A DNA stretch of 64,000 bases. Origin: Epiperipatus broadwayi (lineage: Eukaryota; Animalia; Onychophora). Shown piece after piece: positions 38,001 through 50,699 of this stretch (position 1 is the stretch's first letter; each line of letters starts with the position of its first letter). A program made the translations under genes and the position numbers. Where the stretch lies: positions 16,244,001-16,308,000 of the forward strand of contig JAQFVV010000001.1 in NCBI GenBank assembly GCA_028023455.1, given 5' to 3'. The notes below the pieces were generated by a model, which saw nothing but the letters and a program-made list of their open reading frames with translations, had not been told where the DNA came from and did no database searches.

Positions 38001-40424
38001 GTGTGCCTACTTAAAGTCTAGAAAAAACTGGATGAATTTGGAGCAAAACTGAATACCCAAAATTTTGCATATGGAAGCAAGCAAAATCAGTTCTTAGCCC
38101 ACATTATTCCCCTGAAAAAGCTAATGTGGTAGCAGAGGCACCGAGACTGCATAATGTAAAACAACTTCAAGCTTTCCTAGGTCTTGCTAATTACTTCAAA
38201 ATTTTTTTAGAAGAACATGTGGCCAGAGATTTGCTGAAAAAGAATCAGAAATGAAAATGGGAAAGGGAAGATGAAAAAACATTTTTACGCAAAAAACATT
38301 GTTAACTTAAAAAAAAATTACTGGTACATTACAACAGCGAGTTGGAGGTAACTCTGATGATGAACTCATCTGAATTCAGGGTCAGAGCAGTATTATGTTA
38401 CCTGCCCATTCATGTGAACAACCCGTTGTTTATGCATCATGTACCTTGTTTAAAATAGAGAAAAATTAGTCAGCTGGACAAGGAGGTCTTTGCAATATTA
38501 TTTGTTGTCAAAAAGTCCCATCAGTACCTATACAGCTGCAGATTTATGATAGTAACTGATCATAAATCCCTACTGGGAATTTTAGAAATTAAATAAAATT
38601 TCTGAACATCAAAATTCTTGCATGTTGTGTTAGCTGAACATTCTGGAAGGTTGTGATTATATATTTGAATATAAAAAAAGAAAACAAATAGGGCATGCTG
38701 ATGCTTTATTGCATATGCCTGATAAGATTGAACTATATCAATTACATCCTTAGAAGTCAAACTCTCAACAGCACAATAGTAAATTGCATGGATAGCTGAA
38801 ATTAATGGCTACCAATGGATAGTAAAGCAGATCAGTGATGGATAGCAAAATCAATGTCCTAGTTTCCTCCATAAAGAACTATAGAATGCTGTGAGCAGTT
38901 GTCTATATGCAAGGAGTGCATTCTGAGAAATGATCAGGTGCTAATCCTGATAAAGAACAGGAATCAAATTCTTAAGTTATTGCATGAGGATCATCCAGGC
39001 ATTGTTAGGGCAAAAGCATTAGCCCATAGTTATGTCTGGTGCCCCAACATTAATAGTGTCATCATAAAATATACAAGGAAATGTAATAACTTTCATCTAC
39101 ACACTAAAGCACTACTGGCTAAGTTTGAACCATGGCCTCAAACTGAAATTTCATGACAATGGAGACCCTGTGTTCCCAATTGAGGATCATTTGTTTTTGG
39201 TGGTGGTTGATGCATATTCAGGGTCATCTGAATATAAAATAGTTAGTAACAACAGTTCAAACATGACAGTAAATTATATGAAATTTTTGCTCATCATAGA
39301 TTCCCTGAAATGCTTGTTTCTGATTATGGAACTAGTTTACATCAGCAAAGTTTGAAGAAGCAATGCAAAAATGGGGGATTAAACACATACTCATGCCCTC
39401 TTCCATCCTCAATTCAATGGACTAGTTGAGAAAGCCATAAGAATTTAAAGTCACCCATCAACAAATTGGAGAGAATTAAAATATATGAATAGTGCTGACT
39501 GCATTCCTCCATCAACATTCAACCTATAGTGATAAATCTGGGAAATGAGCAGCTAAAATGTATTTAGGTAAAACATTATGCACAAAATTATCAAACATTG
39601 TGCCAACAGTGGATCAAAATAAACAGCATGTTGGTACCTATAAATTTAAACCACAGGAAAGAGTGTGGGTGAAAAATAATATGGACAAGTTTTGGTTGCA
39701 GGCTAAAGTTATTTGTTATCTGTTAAAGCAGGTAGTGACTTTTGCATGAAAAATTGGGAAATATTGTGCAAGCATGTAAACAAGCTGTGCAAAAATGAAA
39801 ATGGGGTGATAATACCTGAGTTATTCAATACAATGGACACTGATGAGCAGTTATTAAGTGATACTGCCAAGGCAGAAACAGAGAATATCCACTATGTTGA
39901 ACAGAAACCAAGTTTACTGGATGGAAAACAAGTGAAGCAGAGATAAATCCACTCCAACATAGTAAAAGACAAAGAAGAATTCCAGATTACCTAAGTGACT
40001 ATATATTAAATCCACAGATTTAACATTAATCTCTGAACTTGGTGGAGACAATGTTATGTATATGTATGTTCAAATACACACACAAAAGTGTAAATGTACA
40101 TAAATGCAATTTGTAAAAATATATTATTAAAGATTTATTATTAAAAACTAAAATATACAAAATAAAATAGCCAGGTGATTAGAAAGTAAAAGGCTATTTA
40201 AATGTAAAAAGCAATTAGAAAGATTAGCGATCAAAATAACTAATCTAATTAAAATAATTGTAGTTAAAAAGATTAATAGTTGAATGAATCAGTGTTCCTG
40301 ATTTGTTCATTGATAACTATGGCAGAGACCTAAAAATAACTTTTACTTTGTGTAAAACAGAAGATTAAATTCTCCGATCCAAGAGGCAGATAGAAACAGT
40401 GAAATAATTACTTTATCAGCTGGA
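35086..40424 (+). mobile_element. Ty3/Gypsy (Mag/K02A2.6-like) element A with both LTRs; ORFs disrupted
   Basis: LTRs 35086-35464 and 40052-40424 both start TGTTA and are about 85-90% identical by eye. Internal order: gag (EFDVSEASSWLLYVQHVEKY), two CCHC-like knuckles (about 36575-36670), protease MEMESGSS (36832), RT (RLPFGITSAPSIF), RNase H (QLDKEVFAILFVVKKSHQYLY), integrase (LHEDHPGIVRAKALAHSYVWCP; FLVVVDAYS). Confidence 0.92.
37806..37956. repeat. 42-bp minisatellite inside the RT of element A
   Basis: Unit CAACTGTTAGTAATATCACAGCAAACAGGTTAGTATATGCAC, about 3.6 copies, immediately before the YLDD-equivalent NFDVILIT. Confidence 0.9.
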
Positions 40425-40429
40425 ATAAG

Positions 40430-40928
40430 AGTTATTAAAGAGATGTTAATGGCTAAAGCTATTTATACCATCCATATCAAATATTCTCTTACAAAATATG
40501 GAACTGTATGATCTCAGAGTGCATAAGACTTACCAGAGCAGAATCAATGCTCAATACTGAAGCAAAAAGTTGGAGATGCTTTTCCAAAGAGATTTACTCT
40601 ATAGGTAATAAATATATCATAAGGCTTTGTACAAGTTGCTCCAACATATTATTTATATAAGTCTTCTGGTAAAACTATAATGCTTAAGCTATGACATTAT
40701 AGGTAGAGTTAATTAATTTGTCTTTAATATAGAATAAAATGTTGTATGTACAAACAGTTTCAACCATGTATTATTACTGTATATTATACTCATACTCATA
40801 TAATACAATAAATGCATTATATATTTTATTAGCATGACCATTGGAGATTGGTTGTCATGGCTACGTATGTTAATTAGAAGTTAAGTTGAACCTATATAGC
40901 CAGTCCTGGCAGGACATAGCATTCCAAC
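40430..40928 (+). mobile_element. LTR-family-B copy 2
   Basis: Aligns to 32880-33390 (shared AGAATCAATGCT, TTACTCT, GTTGCTCCAA, CATAGCATT) and ends ...CCAACA. Confidence 0.7.
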
Positions 40929-41489
40929 ACAAAATAAGTAGGTTATCTTTATAGGCAATAAAAAAGTAAATACTAAATGGATTATGTGATGATCATGACC
41001 CTATAATTTAGGTTATAGATTGAACCCAATTGTTATTAGTAATTAATAAAACAAGTCATCATTATCAATATTAAATCTAAAAGGTATACTATAATAATTC
41101 AACTTATCTGGTATTCTTTTATTGGATTATAGAAAATGTATTCATTGTAGTTAATCTCTATATTTATCTCACTATTACATTCTGTTACAACATTAAATAA
41201 TAACTATACTATATGTTAATTGTAGCTGTGCATTTCTCTTCCCATTATATATAGTTTTCTAAAGTATTTTTATGTCAAGTGGATTAGACACTTAACCTCC
41301 TGATATGAATACTAAAAACGTTTACCAAATTGTTACAAAAATATTTAGAAAAACTATCATTTGAAATAAAGGTGTGAGTTAATTCATGCAAAAGTTATTG
41401 TAATTACCTATTTATGACATCATTTTTTTAAATTTACAATTTCGGAAAAACTTCGCAAAATATAATTATTTACTTACATGGAATTGTAA

Positions 41490-44298
41490 ATGGAAGAGAA
41501 ATTATTCTATATTTCTATGATGGGAACATGACTAACAATAAAATTGTTAAACAGATTAATTCGTGAAAATTAGTTTAGGATTAATAAGCTTTTTAAATGA
41601 TATTGTATATCCATGCCAAACATCCACAAGGTTTTGGCGTCACTTGAAAAAGCATTGTACTTTTCAAAAACTTAATTTTGTTTGTAATTTATCTAATACT
41701 AGATACATTGAGGACAGCTTAGTTGCTGACAATCACTACTTACAAAGTTTTTTACTGAGGACAGCTTAGTTGCTGACAATCACTACTTACAAAGTTTTTT
41801 ACAAGTGCAATAGCTTCCCTATGGAATAATAATTACACCAAATGTATACCAAGAAAGAATGGATAGATTGTTACATGAAATCGAAGGTGTTATTTCTTAT
41901 TTGTATAATCTTCTGATAACAATTGAATTTTGAGGCTGAATTAAGAAAATGAATAAGAATAGTCTGTAAATGCTTACAGAAAATATGAGCACATCTAAAT
42001 GATACAAAATATACATAGTACTTGACTAACAGAAAATTCTTAGACCATATTATAGATCATAAGGGAAGATATTCAAGCACAAAGAAAGGTAGGGCTGTGA
42101 AAAAGCATCCAGGACTTAAAATACTAAAGAATTACAGGATTTTTTTGAACTGTTTTTGAAAAGGAAAACCCATGTAGCTGTCCCATTTTATAAACTTGTA
42201 AAGAAAAACCAAAGAAGGATTTTGAAGATATAGTATGAAAAATCTTTTGAAAAAACTAAAAATTATTGATAACAGAAAATTGCTCTTTCATACTGACCGA
42301 AAAGTGGTAGTGTTTACAGATTCATCTGAATTTGGAGTTACAACAGTCATATCACTTGAAGATTATGGAAGAGAATGTCCAATAGAATACATATCTCAAA
42401 CTTTGGTTAAGGCTGAGAAAAATTACAGTTAATTAGATAGAAAAATTTTTGTAATTGTTTACGCTGTTAAGAAATTTCATCAATATATATATGGGCATAA
42501 ATTTAAAATTATTACTAACTGCAGATCCTTATTAAATATTTTAGCTCATCTAAAATAGAGCATAGATTATATAAAAGAGAGAATACTTTGATGGAAAAAT
42601 ATAAAATCTTCATAAGATTTCAAATGATATGTAAATTCGGGAGAGATTAGTCTTACAGACATCTTATTGAGACTACTAAATAATGTATATAGAAGTATTT
42701 TATAGCACAGTGGTAACAGTATCATAATAGTTAATTGGACAAGTAAAGATACTAAAAAATGAAAAGATGGATATAAGAATGATGCCATCTCATAAGCCAA
42801 ACTACATGCAAACACCATTATGGAATATTAGAAGTAATTATCAATATGTAAGGGGTGTATTTTAATGAGTAACTGAATATCAATACTCATGGCAAGTTAA
42901 ACTACTGATTAAACTGTTGCACTAAGCACACCCTGGCATTGTAAGAACTCAGCTATTGACAGATCATATGTGGTGACCAGAGATAATTCAAGATATTACA
43001 TAAGATACCAATAATTGCAGAGTGTGTAAAGCAACAGTGAAGATGTTGCCAAAAGTTTTAGAACTATAGCCACAAGTCATAAAACTGTTGTACTAGATCC
43101 ATTTGGATTACTAAGTCTATTTAAGGGAGATTTATTGTAGTAGTGATTGATGCCTGATTCAAGGTGAGCTAAGTGCTATATAATGAAATAACAATGCACA
43201 AGACACTATAAAAATACTAAGAAAGCTGCTGATGAGTCAGGGTTAGCCCAAAATTCTAGTATTCAATAATGAATCAGGGTTTATTTCCTGATTTAAGAAA
43301 ATCATAGGCAACAAGCATATGTGATACATACTAATGCCCTTTACAACTTACAACTCAGAATTAAATTGATTCATGAAAAAAGCTGTATAACAAAGCAGTT
43401 TTTGAATAAAAATGGTTATAATGAATGTAAATGAAACTATAACTGGTACTATGGTAATCACCTGCAACGTTGTTATTGGAAAGAAAATTGTGGAGATCCA
43501 AATGAAGAAATGCCAGAAAGAGATATTAATGTAACTAAGTTCCAATTAAACAAAGTAGAATAGTGCAATGATCAGATAATAAAATGTTGATAAATTGGAA
43601 TTGTGCCAATTATCAATACAGCTAAGATTAATAAAATTAAATGGTGATGATGAAGTGTGCAGACAAATAAACTATCTAAGAAACAAAAACCAAGTGCTCA
43701 CTGAGATAGAGACAAATGCAGAAGAGCCCAATTCTCTCCATATTGACCAAAGATAATATTCTTGTCATCAAAGATGATCAATCAGACAAATTAGAAAAAC
43801 ATCTGATGAGAGAAAACATCAAGATGATGCAAGACAAAATAAAATTGTCACTAAAACACCTGGCTAGTGTTAAGCCTGAAAAGAAAACCTTTAAATAATA
43901 ATCAATTCTTTAGAATGAGAGAAGGGGTGCTATAACCTTATACAGATTAAATAATACTGCGTATATGTAAATAATATAAATGCTAAAAATAAATGTCAAG
44001 CTCATTACACAATGTTAGAGGTGCTGTATGATTTACACATGCATACATTTTACACATGCAAATTTATTAAAATTTACAATCACTGTATATGCAGTTGGGA
44101 ATGCAAATCTCCGATGACAGTTGTGCTTTGACAACAATACTCCTTATTGAAAGCCTGGCTTAGCAATTAATAAATATTGTATTTATACTTAATTTTGTTG
44201 CTGTAATTATTATCTACATACTCATGTGAAACTTGCTTATTTATTACATTACTAGCTGTATATACATCAATATTTATTGTCTCAAATAAAACTTAACA
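41490..44298 (+). mobile_element. Ty3/Gypsy element C: decayed RT-RNase H-integrase, PPT and 3' LTR
   Basis: LPYGIIITPNVYQERMDRLL; VFTDSSEFGV...AEKNYS*LDRKIFVIVYAVKKFHQYIYG; HPGIV. PPT GAGAGAAGGGG at 43917-43927, then LTR TG(43928)...AATAAAACTTAACA(44298). The 5' LTR and gag were not found. Confidence 0.8.
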
Positions 44299-44869
44299 CT
44301 ATAGTGAAAACTTAACAAAGATGAGTTTATTAATTTGACACAAACAAGTATATATATTTTAAATGCTGTTACAAATACAATTGCAAATCTTTTTATAATA
44401 AATACACTTCATCAAACATTAGGTTAGATTTAATACATCTACATCTTCTATATGTACTATTAGTTTATATCTTTATCTATGTCCAGATTGTTTCCCACAT
44501 CTTCATTCTCTTCATACCTGCATTGTGTTTCACTTTTTCTTTGAGTGCACTACCATCTCTCACTTTGTTTGCTACTGCAACCACACACATTGATGTCTGA
44601 AGTTTTTATCGGACGATGCCATAATTAGTGTACATTTGCATAACCCATATTCTGCATACATTAATTGTCTAGAGTATTAACAATAGGAAAATTTATTCAA
44701 TTTCTTGTCGGATGAGTTATTACAAAGAAAGATAATAACTTAATTTATATCCTTGAAATATATATATATGTACACACATATATACAATATTATCATTTAG
44801 TCAGACAGTAAAAGAGGTAATGGATATAACAATAATTAAAAATACTTCAGTTATTAGTAATGAGAGGCT

Positions 44870-45992
44870 GAAATATGCTAATAAGTTAGAGATATGTATA
44901 TAACTATAGAATGTATTCTTAGCATATTTCTTTGAATATCCTTAATGTAAGTAAAGTAGAATTATATCTAATTAATGTTACCATAAATATTTCCACTCCT
45001 AGTCATGTATACTCTAGAGCAGTGGTCTTCAACCACCGGTCCGCGGCCCAGTGCCGGTCCGTAGAAGTTTTTTGCTGGTCCGTGCTAGATTGGCAAGAAA
45101 GTTTTTAATAACAAAATAATAAGATTTTAAACTTTTAATTAATATAAACAATTTTTATTTATTTTTTCATCGCACTTTTACCTGATTAAAAAAAAAAGAA
45201 ACAGAACAAAATCTAATCAATCATACATAAATTAATTTGTTTTTCTAGTTATCACAGATGTTTATGGGGGGGGGGGGATAGAATTAAATTTTTTATTACT
45301 TTTCTAAAAAAATTAAAAATTAAAAAAAAAAAAAAGTTTTTTATTATACAAACTCCAGATATATATATAACTTCATCTAAGGCTAAGCTGTTTACATCTT
45401 TAAGAAAATTTATCTATAGACTTTTGCTGGTCCATGAAACCTTATCCTTATTTTTGCCGGTCCACGAAACCTTATCCTTATTTTTACTGGTCCGCAGGTG
45501 GGAAAAGGTTGAAGGCCACTGCTCTAGAGAATGTGCTAATAATATGATCTAAGCGTATATAAAGCCTACAAAAGTAAGATTGGTGTGTAACATTCTACTT
45601 TACATACAAATAAAAAGGCAGAGATAATGCCATAGAGATATCTACTCTCTAGGTAACTAATAGATTGCAGAGACATGTACAGTTGGTCTTTCAACTTTTT
45701 ATTATTTGTGAAAGCCATCAGGTCTAGTTATAAATATATGGTATATAAATATATGTTGTTAATTTATAAGTCTTGACATATGGTAATAATATCTTATACC
45801 TGAAGTTAGTATTCAATGTGGTATCTCTAGATCTATGCATACTTAATACTAATATATTAATCCATAGTATAATCAGAGTTTTATTATAGCTTAACCTTTG
45901 CTGACTGGTGGCCCCACTGTGATTATTTATTAAGTAGATAAACGAATCTAAATCTCTAGCACATAGCAATAATACACTATTCACTTGCAACA
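44870..45992 (+). mobile_element. LTR-family-B copy 3, split by a hAT MITE
   Basis: With the MITE removed it reads CATGTATACTCTAGAGAATGTGCTAATAATAT, against CATGTACATCCTAAAGAATGTGGGAATAATAT at about 32915-32946. Ends ...TGCAACA. The left boundary is approximate. Confidence 0.6.
45020..45521. mobile_element. Non-autonomous hAT (Charlie-type) MITE, 502 bp
   Basis: TIRs CAGTGGTCTTCAACC / GGTTGAAGGCCACTG match 14/15. Perfect 8-bp TSD CTCTAGAG at 45012-45019 and 45522-45529. Repeated subterminal (C/T)GGTCC motifs and a 30-bp period repeat at 45427-45493. Confidence 0.95.
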
Positions 45993-46469
45993 AACAATCT
46001 TCACACATTTTGGTGCTTTCTTAATTTGGAGTTTCATCAATAATGGCATCTTCATTTCTTGGAAATAAATATTTTCTTAGCTAATACAATTTTGGGTTCT
46101 GCTTTATTGAGTTGTAGTTTAATCAATAGTGGCATCTTCATTGCTATTATTTTTAAGGAGGAGGGGGCATAGTTTTTCCACTAATAAAATTTTAGTTTCA
46201 TTGATGGATATGAAAGTAGCATTTGCTTGTTTTACATTTACAGAAAAACTATTTTTTAACTAATTTAACAAATGTACATTTCTTTCCAAGAGCACCCCTC
46301 CCCAAGTTTTGACAATCAGATTTTTTTTTATTGGCTTTAATTGTTATCAAGCATATTTTTAAAAATTCTAATTTTTTTTTAAAATAAAAGTTTCTGTGAA
46401 AACATAAAGCGCATATAATTTCTTGAATTAGATGTATGTACAACAAGTTATATATTCTTCATCCTATAC

Positions 46470-47400
46470 AGGACATCATGTTATTGGTTTCATTTACATG
46501 AAAGTTGTGTTGAAGACTTCAGTAAAGTTGGATAAAGTGATGGGGTTCAAATTTAGTGAAGGGAAAATAAAAAATAAGGATGATAAATGTTGGAGTAAGA
46601 GAAGGAAATAATTTTTCTTGGGGGATGTAAAGTTAAATGTGGTAAATAAGTACAAATATTGAGGAATCATCTTAAGTAATCAGAGAAATTGCTTGAATGA
46701 ATGGGGAAAAAAAGATAAATGAAGCAAAGAAAAAAAAAGAGACTGATAAAGAAATCAACAGTGTTTTTATATAATTAATATGACATAGTAAGGATTGTAT
46801 GAAAGGGAGTGGCAGAAGTTAACTTTTGATAATATGTTATGTGTTAGTAAAGGGGTGTTAGATTATTTAGAAAAAGTACAAAGAGAAGTAGAAGGCAAGC
46901 ATTAGATGCAGATGTGTGGAAGGCAAAGGAGGCAATTCAAAGAGAAATGGAACAGTCAAGTTTATATAGGAGAGATGCATAAAATAAAATGTTTTGGTAG
47001 TTTGGAATTTATGGATAATAAGAGAATAGCTCAAGCAATATTTAATTGGGTTATAAGTAAAGGCAGACAACAACATGGGTGAGAAGGGTAGTACTGTATG
47101 CAGAAGAGGTGGGATAATTGTGTTAGGAAAAATTGGATAGAAGAATAGATGCATTAATAAAAATAGGGAGCTGGATAGATGGAGATTGAGTGTGAGTCAA
47201 TTTATGATAACAGCAAAGAAGTAGTTTACTGTTAAAAGCTTGAACAGGATTGTTAGCAATAAGGAATATACACATAATTGGAAAAATATGGCTTATTTAA
47301 CCAGCAAGCTAATTAAGGAAGGCATGGAAAATATTAGGCATCTGTTAATTGAATGTAAATGCTTGTAAGCAGAAAGGGTACAAATAATGAAGTTGTGGAA
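46470..47400 (+). mobile_element. CR1/L2-type LINE 3' remnant, same family as 26780-28330
   Basis: Antisense ORFs of the two copies align (FTYNPIKYCLSYS vs FTHNPIKYYFGYS; LFELPPLP vs ILELPPLP). YKY-like motif near 46650. Confidence 0.75.
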
Positions 47401-47828
47401 GAATTTTCTTAGTGCCATATAATATAGAAAACGTATTATATGTTAAAATTTACTTATATCTTGTACATAACTCAGACAGACACAAAAATAAAGCTATAAA
47501 TATAATAAAATACTCTATAATGCTATTTACAGCAATTTAATGAAAGTTATAGAAAACGTTTTTATTTATTTATCAATACTTGTAAGCCACAATTTGAATA
47601 AAATTTTCCGATATATTCGTTGTCATGGTGCCTCTCACCGCCTGTACCACCTCTGCTAAGTTAATAGTTGCAAATTCGAGAAATATATATTTGACCTCTG
47701 CTTTTTTCAATTGCATTTCTTCACATTGCATAAAAAGATAAACAAACGAAGAGAAACTACAAACAAGGATTTTTTTTTAATATGAATATTTATTGCTAGG
47801 TGGCATTGTACGAAAAAGCGGAAAAAGT

Positions 47829-47934
47829 ATGGCGGCATTTTCTTTTGGTAATCCTTCAGCTTTTGGGGGGACCTCAATGAGTTCTTCAGCTCCAGCATTT
47901 GGTTTTGGAACAACATCAGCACCAAATGCTACAG
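47829..47934 (+). CDS. First coding exon of an FG-repeat nucleoporin (Nup54/Nup58/Nup62-like N-terminus)
   Basis: ATG 47829 gives MAAFSFGNPSAFGGTSMSSSAPAFGFGTTSAPNAT-G, with FSFG, AFGG and FGFG motifs, in a local CpG-rich island. The phase-1 donor ACAG|gttttc is weak. Exon 2 was not found in the window. Confidence 0.7.
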
Positions 47935-49499
47935 GTTTTCCATAATTTTATTTTTTTTGTTTTGCAAATTATATGTAATATAATACTCATTATATTTTGG
48001 CTACTGATTTTGTGTACTTTACATGCTTCTCCGTTCTAATTTCTTATTAGTAATAATTAGACGGAAAAATATACATTTCATATAAGTGTTGATTATTTGT
48101 TTGAAATTATTATTTTTTCTTTAATGTAAGTATTTTCTGGAAATAAAAAAATATTTAGAAGAAAGGAGATTATAAATATTACTTCAAGAAAAAATTAAGA
48201 ACGTAAATTGTGCAATCAAATATCAGTAGTTACAATTTAGTTTTCTTGATTTTATTCAAATTAATAACTTATGCGGTAAACAAAACAACTCAGTTGTTAG
48301 AATTGTTTCTAGTTATACTTTATAAGTGAAATTATAAAATTTGAAAATTGCACTTATTTAAAAAAAAAAATGCTATTAGTTTAAAGATTTTTGTTGGTCG
48401 TTTTCTTTTAGCAAATTAAGAAAATATGTTAAGTGTAATAAATATATATTATAATTAAAATTATTCAGTTTTATTTATTAAATATTAAAAGGAGAATATA
48501 ATCAGTGTATTGATAAATATATATTAAGTTCTGTTCTAAAGCGCCTAGAGATTATGCAATGGGAAGTTATGATCAAATGATAATACGATCTTCGTAGCAT
48601 ATGATAAATACATAGTGCTAAAATATTTAGGCTAAAAAGTTTTATTATACAATAGATAGAGAGTGCTAGAATATTTAGGATAAAAAGTTTTATTATACAA
48701 TGACTAAATTTTACATGTCAACAGTATGAGTTCAAGATAACCAGAAGCTGAATTGAAATGAATAATATTATTAGTGAAAGATGAAATGTTTTGACTAAGG
48801 GGAAATCAATCTGATTAGTGATTTATTATAAGGCTGTAGTGAATTTAGTATGATATTGGTTATCTGGATGTAACCAAACAATGGCCTTTTATCATCTGTT
48901 TATTAATTTTGTTATGAGTTTGTATTAGGATTTATAATACAAATGCAATCTGTTGATTACTATAGCGTGCATTAGGTGGTACTATTGTATGGAGAAATTT
49001 TGCTACTAAAAGATTAGTTATGTCAGTTCATAATTGATCTAGTGTTTGGTGATGCTTATTCCAAATATTTTATTCAAGTTACGTATTTGGATAGTATTAG
49101 ATTATAAGTTTAAATTACACATTTTTTTTCCATGTTGATGAATTGTTTGTAAAATTATCAAGATATGTTTTGGTTTTGATTTTTGGATATTTTCTAGAAT
49201 TGTTTTTAGTGTTGAACATCTTTATTGACAAGTGGATGAGATTTGTCAGTGACAATGAATTGATTTCATCACCGACATCTGGATTGGATTTCTAGAACTT
49301 TTGTGATCAACTGTTAGTTGCAATTTATATTCATCATATAATGAACTTTCTCTAATTTGAAAATCAAATGCTTCTTGATTTTTTTTGCCTGGGATGCAGC
49401 AAAAATCTATTTAGATGTTATTCTTCTATATTTACCTCATAGTCTTAATATTTATAATGAATAATTTACTTCGCCAATTAATCGTAATATTTATAATAT

Positions 49500-50030
49500 G
49501 CTTTAAACATATATATGTGAAGTTAATAAAAATTTTCACAAATAACATTTAGCTTAACGCTTTCAGAGTATGTTTACTCCACATTCATAGCCATTATTAT
49601 GTGTAAACGTAATGAATGCAAATTTATGCAAATCATTATCCTGTCCATTTTTTTGATATAGTAAAACAGACATCCCTTCGATTGATGGCATTTGGATCTT
49701 TTGTGATGCAATATGCTTTTATTTTTCTTTTGGTGTCATTTCTTTCTTTGCAAACAATTTCGGTGCTAGAAGGTTCAAATTTATGATTGTTTTTTGGTGT
49801 TCTGCAAATATTGAATTGCCTTCATTTTTGTTTACGACACTATGGTACATATATTAAGTGTTGTGATACTCTATTGTTTCTTGAATTGGTTTGAAAACTA
49901 ACACCTTTGGTTTTTAAATGATAATGTATGAATACTTTCAATTGTGTTTTATCTTTGACACTATTAGGAATCATTTTATGGGCAGTAGTATTTCAACCAG
50001 ATCTGAAATTACCCAACATCATTTTACTAA
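49500..50030 (-). mobile_element. Penelope-like lineage 1, older subfamily copy (linker, GIY-YIG and tail with hammerhead-like fold at 49552-49591)
   Basis: Minus frame reads HKFEPSSTEIVCKERNDTKRKIK...DPNAINRRDVCFTISKKW, homologous to HNFIPSNPVILCTESNDHKRKIKE...NAINRKDTCFDISKK at about 54857-54998. Confidence 0.8.
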
Positions 50031-50089
50031 GAGCTCCCCCCCCCCCCATTATTTCAACTTGCTAACTTGCTTTTTACTTTCAGATTGGA

Positions 50090-50400
50090 ACAGTAGTGCA
50101 AAATCTGCTCAATATTTATTCTTTAAACTGACTGTTATTATCGTTCATCCCTTGAATATTTTTGCCATGAGTAGCAATCAATGTTCTCAAGGCCTCAATG
50201 AATCCTATGGCAAGAAATGATGAAGTGATGACAATTAGGAAAATTTGTGCTATATTGAAAAACAATATCATCAATGGGAAATCTGGACTAAGAGCTATTA
50301 GATTTGGATCAATAACTGATTTTTATTTTAGTCAGCAATGTAAAACATTCTTCATTAATAGCAGTTTTCTTTCCTCTACTAGAATTATAAAATTTAACAA
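50090..50400 (-). mobile_element. Possible BEL/Pao integrase remnant
   Basis: Minus frame FIEALRTLIATHGKNIQGMNDNNSQF resembles the BEL motif FxxALRRFIARRGxPxxIxSDNGTNF. Confidence 0.45.
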
Positions 50401-50699
50401 GTTGATATCATTAAGATGCATAAAACTTTTATGATTTTTTTTGCTTACTTAATTTCTTAATGAAATTCTTAAGGTTGAAAAATCAGATTTTCTTAATTTT
50501 GTTTTTAATATTAGGTTGTATTTTTTTTTTTACCTCATGAATTGCAAATAACTATTTTTCTACTATATTTGATTACTGGCATTGCTTTAATGGTTTTTAT
50601 TTGCCTTTTTGATGGCAGTATAACTTTTTGAGATATTTCTGTTGAAAGGTGTACTTAAATAGCATCCTCAAGAATTCATAAGATAACTTTGTCAATTAG

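Noticed and set aside
50084-50220. Strong + strand acceptor (ttactttcag|) as nucleoporin exon 2
   Set aside because: The phase-1 frame has no FG content and hits a stop, and the opposite strand reads as integrase-like sequence.
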